Assembly: GCF_964213995.1 (NCBI RefSeq)
Contig: NC_135808.1
Span: 50,530,001 to 50,594,000, forward strand
DNA from: Mustelus asterias
Lineage: Eukaryota
Direction of reading: 5' to 3'
Length of the DNA stretch: 64,000 nucleotides
Below, in pieces: positions 36,819 through 49,730 of the stretch. The translations under genes and the position numbers were made by a program. Every line of letters begins with the position of its first letter. Position 1 is the stretch's first letter. The notes under the pieces were generated by a model that saw only the letters and a list, made by a program, of their open reading frames with translations, had not been told where the DNA came from and made no database searches.

Positions 36819-37742
36819 ATGGTCTTCCTGAAGCGTTGCTATCAGACAGCGGAGCAGCATTCACGCTGATGAATTTCAGACTTTGGTCAAGTTTAATGAC
36901 ATTTGTCCTGTCAGGTCAGCCCCCGACCATCCTGCCTCGAATGGGTTGGCGGAGCGAGCCATGCTGACGTTCAAGGCTTCATGTGAAGCAGGTTCAAATG
37001 GCCGTTCCATTGTGATTGGGCAGTTATTTGCTGTCATACAACACTACACCTCACGCCATCACTGGGGTCATGCCGAGGTCACACCTGCAGAGTTGTTAAT
37101 GGGTCGGTGCCTGTGTACCTGTTTAGATTTAGTGTCTCCAAATTTGTCGGGGGGTGGGGGTGGAGGCTCGGCAAGCCTCTCAGAAAGAATATTGTGACTC
37201 TCAGAAAGGGGACGGATTGTTTAATGATGGCGACCTTGTGTTGAGAGGGAATTTGGGTGGCGGACCCACCTGGGTACCAGGGAGAGTTGTGGAGAAGACA
37301 GGACCAGTCTCATATTTGGGGGAGACACCGGGCCGAAGAGTTAAGGAGCATGTTGGCTACCTACGCAAGAGTTTAGAGCCAGTTCCAGGAGCTGAGCAAG
37401 TGGGCCCTGTATCCAGTTTGTGTGTAGCAGCCTCTGAACAAGACAGCTCCATGTCCATGGTGAGGCCAAGGCAGCCTCTGGCTTGGGTGGGTGAGTCAGA
37501 GGAAGGGGCCGTCCAGGGCCTAGCTCCAGAGGTGGTTAGCACATCCACCCCATCAGTGGATCCCGTGTCGATGGCTGCTGAAGAGCCCCTGACAGAGTTG
37601 CAGCGTTCCGCAAGGTTCTGGAAATCTCTGGACCAGCTGACATTATGAACTGTCTTTCCCTAGTGTCCCTTCTGTAATATTGTTGTTTCTCTGCCTATGT
37701 GTTAACTGTTTTACTTGGTGTTTTATCATAGGGAGTCCAAGA

Positions 37743-38019
37743 TGTTACTGGGGAAGGAGTGTGTGAGCCTGGCCCCTTTAAGGGGCAATCCTTCACGGGC
37801 CACATGACCAGGCTGGAGCCAATGGAGTGTGAGGATGTGATATTGGGCCAATCGGGAGTGAGGGTGATCATTCCTGGGGCTGGAGGCTTCAGTTGGAGTC
37901 AGGATGTTGTTGGGAGTAGACCTGTATCGTTGTGCTGTTAAACCCTTCATTGTAAATAGTTCTCATCAATAAAGCCTTTAGTTAGTTATTTCCAAATCGA
38001 GTCTCCTCCAGTTATTACA
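37743..38019 (+). mobile_element. Probable 3' LTR of the Gypsy element
   Basis: TGTTA...TTACA ends, internal AATAAA, just downstream of pol. Confidence 0.6.
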
Positions 38020-38084
38020 ATGAGCATCTGCACCACTTTGGATAACAACAGCTCTCTGATAACAGCAAATACACAGACTAACTA

Positions 38085-40700
38085 TTAAACTGTAACAGTT
38101 TCACCAGCTGCTGTCACCCTCCCTACTTCCCTCCATTTATTCTGCATTCTCACCATCTCCCCTCGATTTCTCACTGAATCCTCCGGTTTCCTAGTCTTTC
38201 CTGTGGCCAGGTTCACCTGCCCCCTTCCCCTTGGGATTGTTCGATTGCTTTGTTCCATCAACTTTCTGGTTGTGGTCAGGGTTCTCTCCACTGCTCCCCG
38301 AGACATTCGGTCTGGGGCAGCGTCGATGTTTAACCTCCTGTCCCACCTTGGACTGAATACATAACCAGTGAGGGTCCGACCCACACGATGAGAGTTTGTC
38401 ACCGTAAAGGAGTCAGGGATCTGTAGCAGAAAGTGTGAATAATGTCAGTCTCTAATCCTGCGGATAGGAATCTCATCCTGTCCATGGAAGCCTTTCACTG
38501 AAAGGTTAAATCTCTGTTAACTGATCCTGTACTGACTAAACTGTCAATTCTCTGTCACTGCTAATTTGTGTTGGATTGTTTTTAATCTTTCAATCAATTG
38601 TATTTTGTCATTTCTGTTGCTGTGGCGATAGCCTCTTGGTCAGGTTGTTGTTGTAAATGAGAATTGGTTCTCAACTGACTCACCTGGTTAAATAAAGATT
38701 CAGTAAAATAAATGTCTGAGATAAAAGCAAAATACTGCGTCTGCTGAAATCTGAAACAAATCCCGGGCGTTCCGGTTCCCGGTGAACCATTACCTTATCC
38801 CTCACTCTGGCATCTCCTGGGTCGTCGCTCGCCCTCAAGACTCTAGACTTGAAACGTTGACTCTGCTCTCTCTCCACAGATGCTGTCAGACCTGCTGAGA
38901 TTTTCCAGCATTTTCTGTGTTTGTGTGTGAAATAAATGACTCGGGAGACACAATGGCTCAGTGGTTAGCACTGCTGCCTCACAGCGCCAGGGACCTGGGT
39001 TCAATTCCAGCCTGGTGTGACTGTGTGGAGTTTGCACATTCTCCCGGTGTCTGTGTGGGTTTCCTCCGGGTGCTCCAGTTTCCTCCAACACTCCAAAGGT
39101 TAGATTGATTGGCCAAGCTAAATTGACCATGAGTGTCCCAAGATGTGTAGGTTAGAGGGATTAGCAGGGTGAATAAATGGGGTTATGGGGATAGGGGCTG
39201 GGGAGGATTGTTGTCGGTGCAGATTAGCTGGGTCGATTGGCCTCCTTCTGCACTGTAGGGGTTCTATGAGGTAGAAAGCAATCTCCTGTGAGAATGCAGC
39301 AGTGTGTAGGGGAGGTTTGGACTGTCTTGAAAGTCTTCAAGAAGTTTCTATCCCTCTGCCCCTGATATGTTCCGTCATTATCTTCCTGTGATAAACTGAT
39401 CAGAAATGTGATTGTGTTTCTCCCAGCTCCTGTCACGGGCTGTGTAACTACTAATTCCTGTCAGTTTTCCTGTACATTGATAATATGGAATTTCTCCACA
39501 GTCTGATATGTGTGTGGAGGCACCGTACTAAATCTTATATCTTCAATATCTGTCCTAACATTATCTATCAATTCCTGAGACAACATGTCCCATCCCCTCC
39601 CTTCAGACTGTGAGTCAGTCATATTAATGAGTTGGAAGCCCTCTGGTCTACTGTCCCCCTGAAGTTGTATGTCTGTCATTGGATTCACTTCCTGCTCTGT
39701 CACTCACACTCCTCCTGACTCTTTTCTTACCCAGGGGGCACAAGTTTGGTCACTTTTCTGTAGCCCCATCAGCCAATAAGGTCAGAACGAGGCTGGTCAA
39801 ATTGTCGCTCACCTCCAGGCTCCCGATTGGAACATCCTGGTACTTGCCATCATTGGAGGGTAAATCCCGGGCATTCCGGTGCCCCCTTAACCATGACCTT
39901 ATCCCTCACTCTGGCATGTCCTGGGGGAGTCGCTCCCCCTCATTTCATTCTGCTCCTCCTGCTGCTGTGTGAGCTCAGACCTCAATTCCTGAAGCTGTCT
40001 ACACAACTCTACAATGTAGCTTCTTCTCCTCTCTTTCAATGGCCCAGTATCTTCACTTCCAGTGAGGCTCCCAGCTCTGCCTGTCATCATGGTGTTAATC
40101 CTGTGTTCCTACTTTGTGTAGCTGATTAATACACTCACTAATACACCCACCCATCCTTTGTCCAGCTCTCCCTTTACCTGAACCCAACTTGTGGTCAGTT
40201 GTTGGGAAAAATTATTTTTCCAGATCCTTCAATTGTCTCAAACACAGATTCCTTCTCATTTTTTGTTTTTTATTCCTTCTGGCCACGATTCTCTTCAAGT
40301 CAGTTTCTCTATTGCGTCGATCGTTTAAAAAACTGTTTTCTTACTCTTTCGGCCATATTAACCATTTCATGTCAAAGGAGGTGTGGGGGGTGGGGAGGTC
40401 TCTCACTCTGGATCTTTGCTTATCTCCCCCTGTCTGGTTCCAATGTCACAGCTGATGGCCAGATTATTAAATTCAGGTCTCTTCAGTAGTTTGTATGTTG
40501 TGTCCTTTTTCCCGCACTCCATCTCTGACCCTGAATCATTTGCTCAGAACCTTTTACACAGACAATAGTTAGCAACTGATCTGGTTCAGTTTGTCTGGAG
40601 GGACTTTCCAGTCCAATAAAGTGTTTTCATGTAAGGAGCGGTGAGAGTTCCTTTCAGAGTCTCACTGAGGTTCAGAACCGGACTCTGGACGGAACAGGAA
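38085..40700 (-). mobile_element. Possible highly decayed LTR-element gag region
   Basis: Coiled-coil-like ORF pieces; LTR-end-like AATAAA...GAGTCCGGTTCTGAACC at ~40745-40670; no firm motif. Confidence 0.3.
38945..39270 (+). mobile_element. HE1-type SINE
   Basis: tRNA-like head, V core and tail. Confidence 0.85.
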
Positions 40701-41005
40701 TGAGCGACTGGGACAAGTTTTGTGTTAAAACAACCATTTTATTGAATAATGATAAAAAGAATATATAAGAAAGATAATGTGTATGAAAAGGAAGAAAGAT
40801 AACTTTATTGAAAGGAGAAAGCACTCTGTATATATCTGAAGAATAGAAGACAGTCGGATGTTTGTTTAAACACAAACGATAACCCCAATTTGCTCTGTTC
40901 CATGACAGCTCCCCCAGAATTGGTACACGTTACCCTCCCCTGGGTACACACATGCCCAAGTTGCTGAGTAACCTCAATGGGTGAACACTACAGTCAGTCA
41001 CTTAA

Positions 41006-41305
41006 GGGGCGATACGGTGGCACAGTGATTAGCACTGATGCCTCACAGGGCCAGGGAACCGGGTTCGATTCTCATCTTGGGTCACAGTCTGTGCTGAGTC
41101 TGCATGTTCTCCCCGTGTCTGTGTGGGTTTCCTCCGGATGCTCCGGTTTCCTCCCACTGTCTGCAAGACGTGCTGGTTAGGAGTATTGGCCATGCTAAAT
41201 TCTCCTTCAGTGTACCCAAACAGGCATCAGAGTGTGGCGACGAGGTGATTTTCACAGTAACTTCATTGCAGCGTTAATGTAAGACTAATTGTTGCATTAA
41301 TAGAT
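41006..41305 (+). mobile_element. HE1-type SINE variant
   Basis: Head and core; TTTTCACAGTAACTTCATTGC tail as at 19287 and 28180. Confidence 0.82.
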
Positions 41306-41679
41306 AAACTTTTGTTTAAACGTTTCTGTTTCTAACCCTTCCTCCTGTTGTCCCTGGGTGACTATTCCACCTTGGCTGCAGCACTCAGTCTCTGAAACAA
41401 TGTCTCTTTAACCTGGATTTCTGGCTCCATTCCAGTCTTGTGAAGACTGTGACACTGTCTGTCCCAAAACAAATCTCAGTTCTTCCCACAGGGACCTCAA
41501 TGTGAAGCAGACTTTGTAATATTCAGCTTGTTGACGGAGCTCTTGATGATGTCTTCACATCTGTCATCAATCAGCTGTTATGTCCATCAATTAAACTTCA
41601 TCTTCTGATGCTTCAGGTGAGCACACCAGATAAGATTCCTCAGCGACTTGGTCTGTAGACCAAGGCTCACAGAATGCAT

Positions 41680-41800
41680 CAGGTGATGAAGGAGCAGCGC
41701 TCAGAAAGCTCGTGCTACCAAATAAACCTGTTGGACATTAATCTGGTGTTGTGAGACTACTTACTGTGCCTACCCCAGTCCCACACCGGCAACACCACAG
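41680..41800 (+). mobile_element. Penelope-like terminal fragment
   Basis: TGATGAAGGAGCAGCGCTCAGAAAGCT...CCAAATAAACCTGTTGGAC, homologous to 15490-15586. Confidence 0.7.
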
Positions 41801-42164
41801 AATGCGGTAGAACAGTACCTGTAATAAACAAGAAACAACTTATTTTAATATTCTAACTTGAGAAAGTGGAGAAATAAAAGATTGAGTCTGAACAGCAGTT
41901 GTGTGGCCAGTCCAGAGAGAAAACACGATCTGGAAAAACAGCTCACCCCTGATTCTTCTTCTGAATGAATCAGAGCACAATCACAGCTGGGTTAAGATCA
42001 GTGTGGATCAGGTAAGAAAATACAAACTGAGTTCAAATATTACAAATCAAAGCAGCGCAGAAATAAAATGTAAAATACAAAATTATAAAAGTTAGTGGCA
42101 GCAGCAGGCCTCAGGCCTACACTCAGAATATTTTTCAAATAGAAATCAGGTCGATTTGACATTT

Positions 42165-43135
42165 TTTCATTCATTCATGGGACATGGCATTGCTGGCTGG
42201 CCAGCAGTTATTGCCCATCCCTAGTTGCCCTTGAGAAGGTGGTGCTGAGCTGCCTTCTTGAATCACTGCAGCCCACGGGCTGTGGGTTGACCCACAATGC
42301 CACTAGGGAGGGAATTCCGGGATTTTAACCCAGCAACTGTGAAGGAACGGTGATATATTTCCAAGTCAGGACTGTGAGTGGTTTGGAGATGAACTTGCAG
42401 GTGGTGGTGTTCCCATGTATCTGCTGCCCTTGTCCTTCTAGATGGAAGTGGCTATGGGTTTGGAAGGTGCTGTCTAAGGATTTTTGGTGAATTGCTGCAG
42501 TGCATCTTGTAGATAGTACACACTGCTGCTACCGAGTGTCGGTCCTGGAGGGATTGAATGTTTGTAGATGTGGTGCCAATCAAGTGGGCTGCTTTGTCCG
42601 GGATTGTCAACCTTCTTGATTGTTGTTGGAGCTGCACCCATCCAGGCAAGTGGGGAGTGTTCCATCACACTCCTGACTTGTAGATGGTGAATAGGCTTTG
42701 GGGAGTCAGGAGATGAGTTACTCACCGCAGTATTCCTAGCCTCTGACCTGCTCTTGTAGCCACTGTGTTTATCTGGTGAGTCCAATTGAGTTTCTGGTCA
42801 ATGGTGACCCCAAGGATGTTGACAGTGGGGGATTCAGTGATGGTAACACCATTGAATGTCAAAGGGCATTAGAGTGTCTCTTATTGGTGATGGTCATTGC
42901 CTGGCATTTGTGTGGCGTGAATGTTACTTGCCACTTGTCAGCCCAAGCCTGGATATTGTCCAGGTCTTACTGCATTTGAACATGGACTGCTTCAGTATCT
43001 GAGGAGTCGCGAATGATGCTGAACATTGTGCAGTCATCAGCAAACATCCCCACTTCTGACCTTATGATGGAGGGAAGTTCATTGATGAAGCAGCTGAAGA
43101 TTGTTGGGCCGAGGACACGACTCTGAGGAAGTCCA
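42165..43135 (-). mobile_element. Non-LTR retrotransposon 3' ~1 kb
   Basis: PQSRVLGPTIFSCFIN..GMFADDCT. Confidence 0.85.
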
Positions 43136-43173
43136 GACATTAACATGTTTTGTGTCTTTATCACCTTCCCCTC

Positions 43174-43966
43174 TGTTAAGAATTGGGGAAAATGAAAATA
43201 AACAAATGACATTGGGATAAAAGAAAATAAATCAGGGAGATGTCTGAAGAGATGTTGAGATGTGAATTGGCATCTCAGTGAGAAAAGCAAGTGTTTACTG
43301 AGGTACCTGAGGAAAGCAATGGGGTTTAGAAAAGATAACTTCAAAGTGGAAGGATAAGGAAATCGACACGGAAATGCCCAAAGCCGATTCCACAGGGTGG
43401 GTAACATCAAAGGGAAAGAATGATATATCCATAGCACAGTGACTGGGGAAAAGGGGAGACAGACACAGACACAGCTAACATCAGCACACACTCAGCTGCA
43501 GAAACAGTCTCCTGAAAAGAAGCAGCAGGTTTCACCTTCACGAAACTGAAGACAATTTTCCCGAACGCTGACACATAACCTGTGTGTGGTAATTATTCAC
43601 TGGATTTAGCTCACAGAGTTACATAATATTGGATGTTGTTTTGGAACAAAGGGACATCTCAGTGTTCAGGAAATGTAGGTGATTGAGAACAAAGGGGTAG
43701 CTTCATGTAATAGTGTGTGTGTCTAGCCCTCAGTGTAGTTAAATATATTGTCGTGTATTATAGAGCTTGTGTGTTTTTTTTCTTTTACCTGGATGAATAT
43801 TCTGTATTAATTGTTCACACAAAGACTGGACTATTTCTCCCTGGTTCACACACTTTTCCTCACAGGATACCAGAGTGAAAATCGACACCACTAAGAACCA
43901 ATGTTCCATGTTCCCATTCTGAGCTTTGAGATCCTCTCACATTTAACATCAGCGCGGTTCTTAACA
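43174..43966. mobile_element. Solo LTR, 793 bp
   Basis: Perfect 9-bp terminal inverted repeats TGTTAAGAA/TTCTTAACA; 4-bp TSD CCTC. Confidence 0.8.
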
Positions 43967-44379
43967 CCTCAAACAACATTCTCTTCTCTGGAAAGTAACT
44001 CTGGAGATTGTTGCTGGTGATTTTTACATTTTAAAATGATTCCAGATCCGAATAGTTTTGTTGTTGAGCTGCCTGCTTTAACTCTGATACAAGTTACATT
44101 TCTGACAAACTTCAAGCTTTCGGGTTCATATTTTGGGAAGAGACAAACACATTTTAAACTCTTCCTTCAGCACAGAAGCTTTCAGCATTTGGATTTGTGT
44201 CAATTGTTGTCAAACCTTTTAAAATAAACATTTCCTGTTGAGAACTCGATCAGGACCCAAAGCTCAAATCTTTAAACTTTGTAAGAATTATAATTTCCAC
44301 TTTCAAAACTGAAACTCCCTTTTCTTGATGTGTGTGACTTTGTATCCAGATTGAAAATCCCACATGTTTATCAACACAT

Positions 44380-44720
44380 GTTGGTGGTGTTGTGGATAGT
44401 TTGGAGGGATGTCAGAAGCTGCAGCGTGACATAGATAGGATGCAAGACTGGGCGGAGAAGTGGCAGATGGACTTCAACCCGGATAAATGTGTAGTGATCC
44501 ATTTTGGCAGGTCAAATGGGATGAAGGAGTATAATATCAAGGGTAAGACTCTGAGCAGTGTAGAGGATCAGAAGGACCTTGGGGTCCGGGTCCATTGGAC
44601 TCTTAAATCGGCCTCACAGGTCGAGGAGGTGGTTAAGAAGGCATATAGTGTGCTGACCTTCATCAATCGAGGGACTGAGTTTAGGAGTCCGGGGATAATG
44701 ATGCAGCTATATAAGACCCT
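44380..44720 (+). mobile_element. CR1 internal fragment
   Basis: LQRDIDRMQDWAEKWQMDFNPDKC. Confidence 0.85.
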
Positions 44721-45762
44721 TGATCAGTGTGTCCATATCAGACCTCTTGTCCCCAAGCAAAAGATACCATTGGCCCTGAAGGGGTTAAATCATTTTCTTT
44801 CAACATAAAGTAAAGGTTCTAAACCAATGTGCAAACTCCACACAGACAGTGACCCAAACCGGGAATCAAACCCAGGTCCCACTGTGCCACCTGGTTCTAA
44901 ACCATGACCATGCTGTGGGAATAAAAATCTTCAGATCAATTCTCAGAGTCTTAATGCTGTCGGCAATCTTGTTCCATTTGTGGTTCTCTGAAAATAAAGA
45001 CACAAGCTCCATTCTGCTCAGGGGAATGGATTCAGCAATCTGAAAGTTTAAGCAGTTGTTGCAAAGAGTTCACTCTGTGTTCGTCTGCAAGAGGCTGCTG
45101 CAAAGCTGCTTCATTTTCAACACAGGGAAAAGCTGGTGTATCTTTAGAGAACAATCAAACTCTGCTTTCTGGACAGAAATCTCAACTCAAACCTCATAAC
45201 TTCAAACTTTGCTTTGTTTCATTATATTGTCCTTGAATCCAACTCATTATCCACATTGTGAAGCTTCAAATTGCTGAAACTTCACACACAAATGAGAAAT
45301 TAGGGAAGGAAACACATGAAAGCTCACACACACAAATTCTTCATTGTACACAAACACACACACATAGAAAGATATGTATATTTCCATTCTGATAACAATT
45401 ATATGAACAACATTAAACTTTCCGACTCAAAACAAAGCTACAAGTAGTAGTGGAGGGGGTGGGAGGAATCTTGGAGACTTCCACCGACAGGAACAATCTA
45501 AACAGCCGAAGCTCCCATTTCCTCAGTCCCTGCCTGTCACTGCTCAAGAACGCCCCGAGGGGAACCCTCTCGGTCTGTCACTCACTTGCCCTCTCTCATG
45601 CTCTCGCTCCCTCTCTCTCTCTCTGTGTCTCTCACGATCTCTCTCTCTCTCCTGGATGAAAGCTTTAGCGATTTGCAGCAAATGAATTCATTTTCACCTT
45701 TTTAATTGTTTGAAACAATTCAGTGAGTGACATTTTGAGTCCCCAATCTAAATTTTTCCCTC

Positions 45763-46426
45763 TCACTCACTACACTTGACACCAGGAAACGGTTAATACC
45801 ATTTTACTGCACTGTGTCACTCACTACACCTGTCACTAGGAAACGGTCAATACTGTTTTACTGCACCGTGTCTCTCACTACACCTGTCACTAGGAAACGG
45901 TCGATACTGTTTTACTGCACTGTGTCACTCACTACAGCTGTCACTAGGAAACGGTCGATACTGTTTTACTGCACTGTGTCACTCACTACACCTGTCACTA
46001 GGAAACGGTCGATACTGTTTTACTGCACTGTGTCACTCACTACACCTGTCACTAGGAAACGGTCGATACTGTTTTACTGCACTGTGTCACTCACTACACC
46101 TGTCACTAGGAAACGGTCAATACCGTTTTACTGCACTGTGTCACTCACTACACCTGTCACTAGGAAACGGTTAATACTGTTTTACTGCACTGTGTCACTC
46201 ACTACACCTGTCACTAGGAAACGGTCAATACTGTTTTACTGCACTGTGTCACTCACTACACCTGTCACTAGGAAACGGTCAATACTGTTTTACTGCACTG
46301 TGTCTCTCACTACACCTGTCACTAGGAAACGGTCAATACTGTTTTACTGCACTGTGTCACTCACTACACCTGTCACTAGGAAACGGTCAATACTGTTTTA
46401 CTGTACTGTGTCTCTCACTACACCTG
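45763..46426. repeat. 54-bp minisatellite, ~12.3 units
   Basis: TCACTCACTACACCTGTCACTAGGAAACGGTCAATACTGTTTTACTGCACTGTG. Confidence 0.97.
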
Positions 46427-46939
46427 AAGTGGGGTGAATGAAATGATTTGACTGAGATTGAAGTTAAAACATTCATTATTAGCTAGAGAATGGACAAATG
46501 TAGAGATGAAGGCATGATGGGAAATTGAGCCAATGTTATTGGAATGAACAAGGTCACTGAATCTTCAAATCCCAGCCCAGCCCTTCAGGGGTGAGATCAG
46601 GAAACACTTCGTCACTTGGAGACTGGTGGAAATCTGGAACTTTCTCCCTGAAATAAAGCTGTTGAGGCTGCGGGGGAGCCAATTGAAAATGTTCAAACTG
46701 AGCTTCCTCCATCTGTCTCTACTATCCCCAAGTCTTTGCCTCTTCTCTCACTGTTTGTGAAAACTCTCCTGTGTAGTCAGCTCATTCCGATTCCCGGGGG
46801 AAGAGGCTGGTCTTTGTGATGTGGAGGATTTGGGGGAGGTCAGATCGGGGTCAAAGATGAGGCCAATGTTGTAGAGAGTCTGGTTGAGCAGCAGACAGTG
46901 CTCAGGGGGAGGGATGGAGTTTGTATCGGGAGCTGAAGA

Positions 46940-47200
46940 CCAATGGCTTTGATCTTCCCAATGTGTTTCCCAGTGAGCCTGGCTCCTCAGTCCTGACTGC
47001 TCTGAGCTGCTGTTCTTTTCACTGATTGGACAGTTATTGTTAGAGATTCAGGCCACAGCACAAATCCCCAATGTCAAAAATAACTGCAAAGACTGTCAGA
47101 TCGGAAGATTGAAACGTAACCAACAGAGGAAGTGAAAGAAGGAGCTCAGAGCAGCTGGATGTTTGTTACTGAGACGGGAGAAAATGGTGAACCGTGTCCA
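46940..47200 (+). promoter_or_regulatory. Candidate distal upstream enhancer of cluster 2
   Basis: AGAGGAAGTGAAA (EICE at 47128-47137), CAGCTG, ATTGG. Confidence 0.4.
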
Positions 47201-47219
47201 CTACCTCCAATCTCTCAGC

Positions 47220-49730
47220 ACAGAAGGCACAGTGGGATACAGTCAGGAGGGAGTTATCCTGGGAATCCTCAACAACATTCCAGACTCCATGTAATCTCTC
47301 AGTAACATGTCAAACATGGACAAGGAAACTAAATACCGTAACCCCCTCAGCTGATGAATCAGTTCTCCTCCATGTTGAACAGCACTTGGATGAAGCACTG
47401 AGGGTGGCAAGGACACAGAATGTACTCTGGGTGGGGACTTCAATGTCCATCACCAAGAGTTACTCGGTAGCACCACCACACACCGAGCTGGCCGGGTCCT
47501 AAAGGACATAGCTGCTAGACTGGGACTGCGGCAGGTGGTGAGGGAACCAACAAGAGGGAGAAACATACTCGACCTCATCCTCACCAACCTGCCTGCTGCA
47601 GGTGCATCTGTCCATGACAGTATCGGTAGGAGTGACCACCGCACAGTCCTTGTGGAGATAAAATCCCATCTTCACATTGAGGGTACCCTCCATCGTGTTG
47701 TGTGGCACTGCCACCATGCTAAATGGGATCGATTTCAAACAGATCTAGCAACTCAAAACTGGGCATCCATGAGGCACTGTGGGCCATCAGCAGCAGCAGA
47801 ATTGTACTCAACCACAATCTGTAACCTCATGGCCCGGCATATCCCCCACTCTACCATTCCCACCCAGCCTGGGGATCAACCCTGGTTCAATGAAGAGTGC
47901 AGGAGGACATGGCAGGAGCAACAGCAGATGTACTGAAAAATGAGGTGTTAACCTGGTGAAGCTACAACACAGGACTGTGTGTCAAACAGCAGAAGCAGCA
48001 AGTGATAGACAGAGCTAAACCATCCCACAACCAATGGATCAGATCTAAGCTCTGCAGTCCTGCCACATCCAGCTGTGAATGGTGGTGGACAATTCAACAA
48101 CTCACTGGAGGAGGGGGCTCCACAAATATCCCCATCCTCAATGATGGCAGAACCCAGCACATTAGTGGAAAAAATAAGGCTGATACTGCAAAGACTCTGG
48201 GTCCCGATAATAATCCAGCAATAGTCCTGAAGACTTGTGCTCCAGAACTTCCCTTGCTCCCAGCCAAGCTGTTCCAGTACAGCTACAACACTGGCATCTA
48301 TCCGGCAATGTGGAAAATTGTACAGGTATGATCTGTATACCAAAAAACAGGACAAATCTATTCTGGCCAATTCCCGCCCCATCAGTCTACTCTGCATCAT
48401 CAGCAAAGAGATTGATAGAACTGTCGATGACACATTCTAACAGCTGTAATCAGCAATAACCTGCTCACTGACACTCAGTTTGGGATCCGCCAAGGTCACT
48501 CAGCTCCTGACCTCATTACAGCCTTGGTTCAAACATGGACAAAAGAGCTGAACCCCAGAGGTGAGGTGAGAGTGACTGCCCTTGACATCAAGGCAGCATT
48601 TGACCGAGTGTGGCATCAAGGAGCCCTCGTAAAACTGGAACCCATGGAAATCAGGGGAAAACTCCACTGGTTGGAGTCACACCCAGCACAATGGTAGATG
48701 GTTGTGGTTCTAGGATTTCAATCTGAGATTGCCCCAGGACATCACTGCAGGAGCTCCTCAGGGTAGTGTCCTCGGCCCAACCATCTTCAGCTGCTTCATC
48801 AATGACCTTCCCTCCATCATAAGGTCAGAAGTGGGGATGTTCGCTGATGACTGCACAATGTTCAGCACCATTCACAACTCCTCAGATCCTGAAGCAGTCT
48901 ATGTCCAAATGCAGCAAGATCTGGACAATATCCAGGTTTGGGGTGACAAGTGGAAAGTAACAATCACACCTCGCAAGTGCCAGGCAAGGACCATCTCCAA
49001 CAAGAGAGAATTTTAACATCTCCCCTTGACATTAACTGTCATTACCATCGCTGAATCCCCCACTATTAACATCCTGGTTGTTATGATTGACCAAAAGCTG
49101 AACAGGAAAAGCCATATAAATACTGTGGTTACAAGAGCAGGTCAGTGGTTAGGAATTCTGTGGAGAGCAACTCACCTCATGGCTCCCCAAAGCCTGCCCA
49201 CCATCTACAGAGCACAAGTCAGGAGTGTGATGGAATACTCTGGACTTCCCAGGATGAGTGCAGCTCCAACAACACTCAAGAAGCTCAACATCATTCAGGA
49301 CAAAGCAACCTCGCTTGATTGATTCCCCTTCCACTAACATTCAATTCCTCCAGCACTATTGAACAGTGGCAACCGTGTGTACCATCTACAAGATGCCCTG
49401 CATGAACTCACCAAGGTTCCTGAGGCAGCACCTTCCAAACCCACAACCACTACTAACTGGAAAGATGCAGATCCCTGGGAACACAACCACCCGGAGATTC
49501 CCCTCCAAGTCCCTCACCATCCTGACTTGGAAATATAGTGCCATTCCTTCACTGTCGCTGGGTCAAAATCCTGGAACTGCCTCCCTAACAGCACTGTGGT
49601 TGTGCCTACACCTCATGGACTGCAGCGGTTCAAGAAGGCAGCTCACCACCATCTCCTCAGGGTAATTAAGGATGGGCAATAAATGCTGGTGTAGCCAGTG
49701 ACACCAACTTCCCGTGAATGAATAAATTAT
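47220..49730 (+). mobile_element. Non-LTR retrotransposon (mirror of 27200-30020, without the SINE)
   Basis: Endonuclease and RT motifs, APQGSVLGP, FADD. Confidence 0.85.

Larger units (their letters stand above)
32040..37650 (+). mobile_element. pol: Degenerate Gypsy/Ty3 pol (RT connection, RNase H, integrase) with nested insertions
   Basis: ITCDASPY (~32250) continues as GVGAVLSH (~34890); ARSYVWWPGID..C..C; DHPASNGLAERA. Confidence 0.88.

Noticed and set aside
45814-46437. 207-aa repetitive ORF
   Set aside because: By-product of a 54-bp (multiple of 3) minisatellite; GTG start, no gene context
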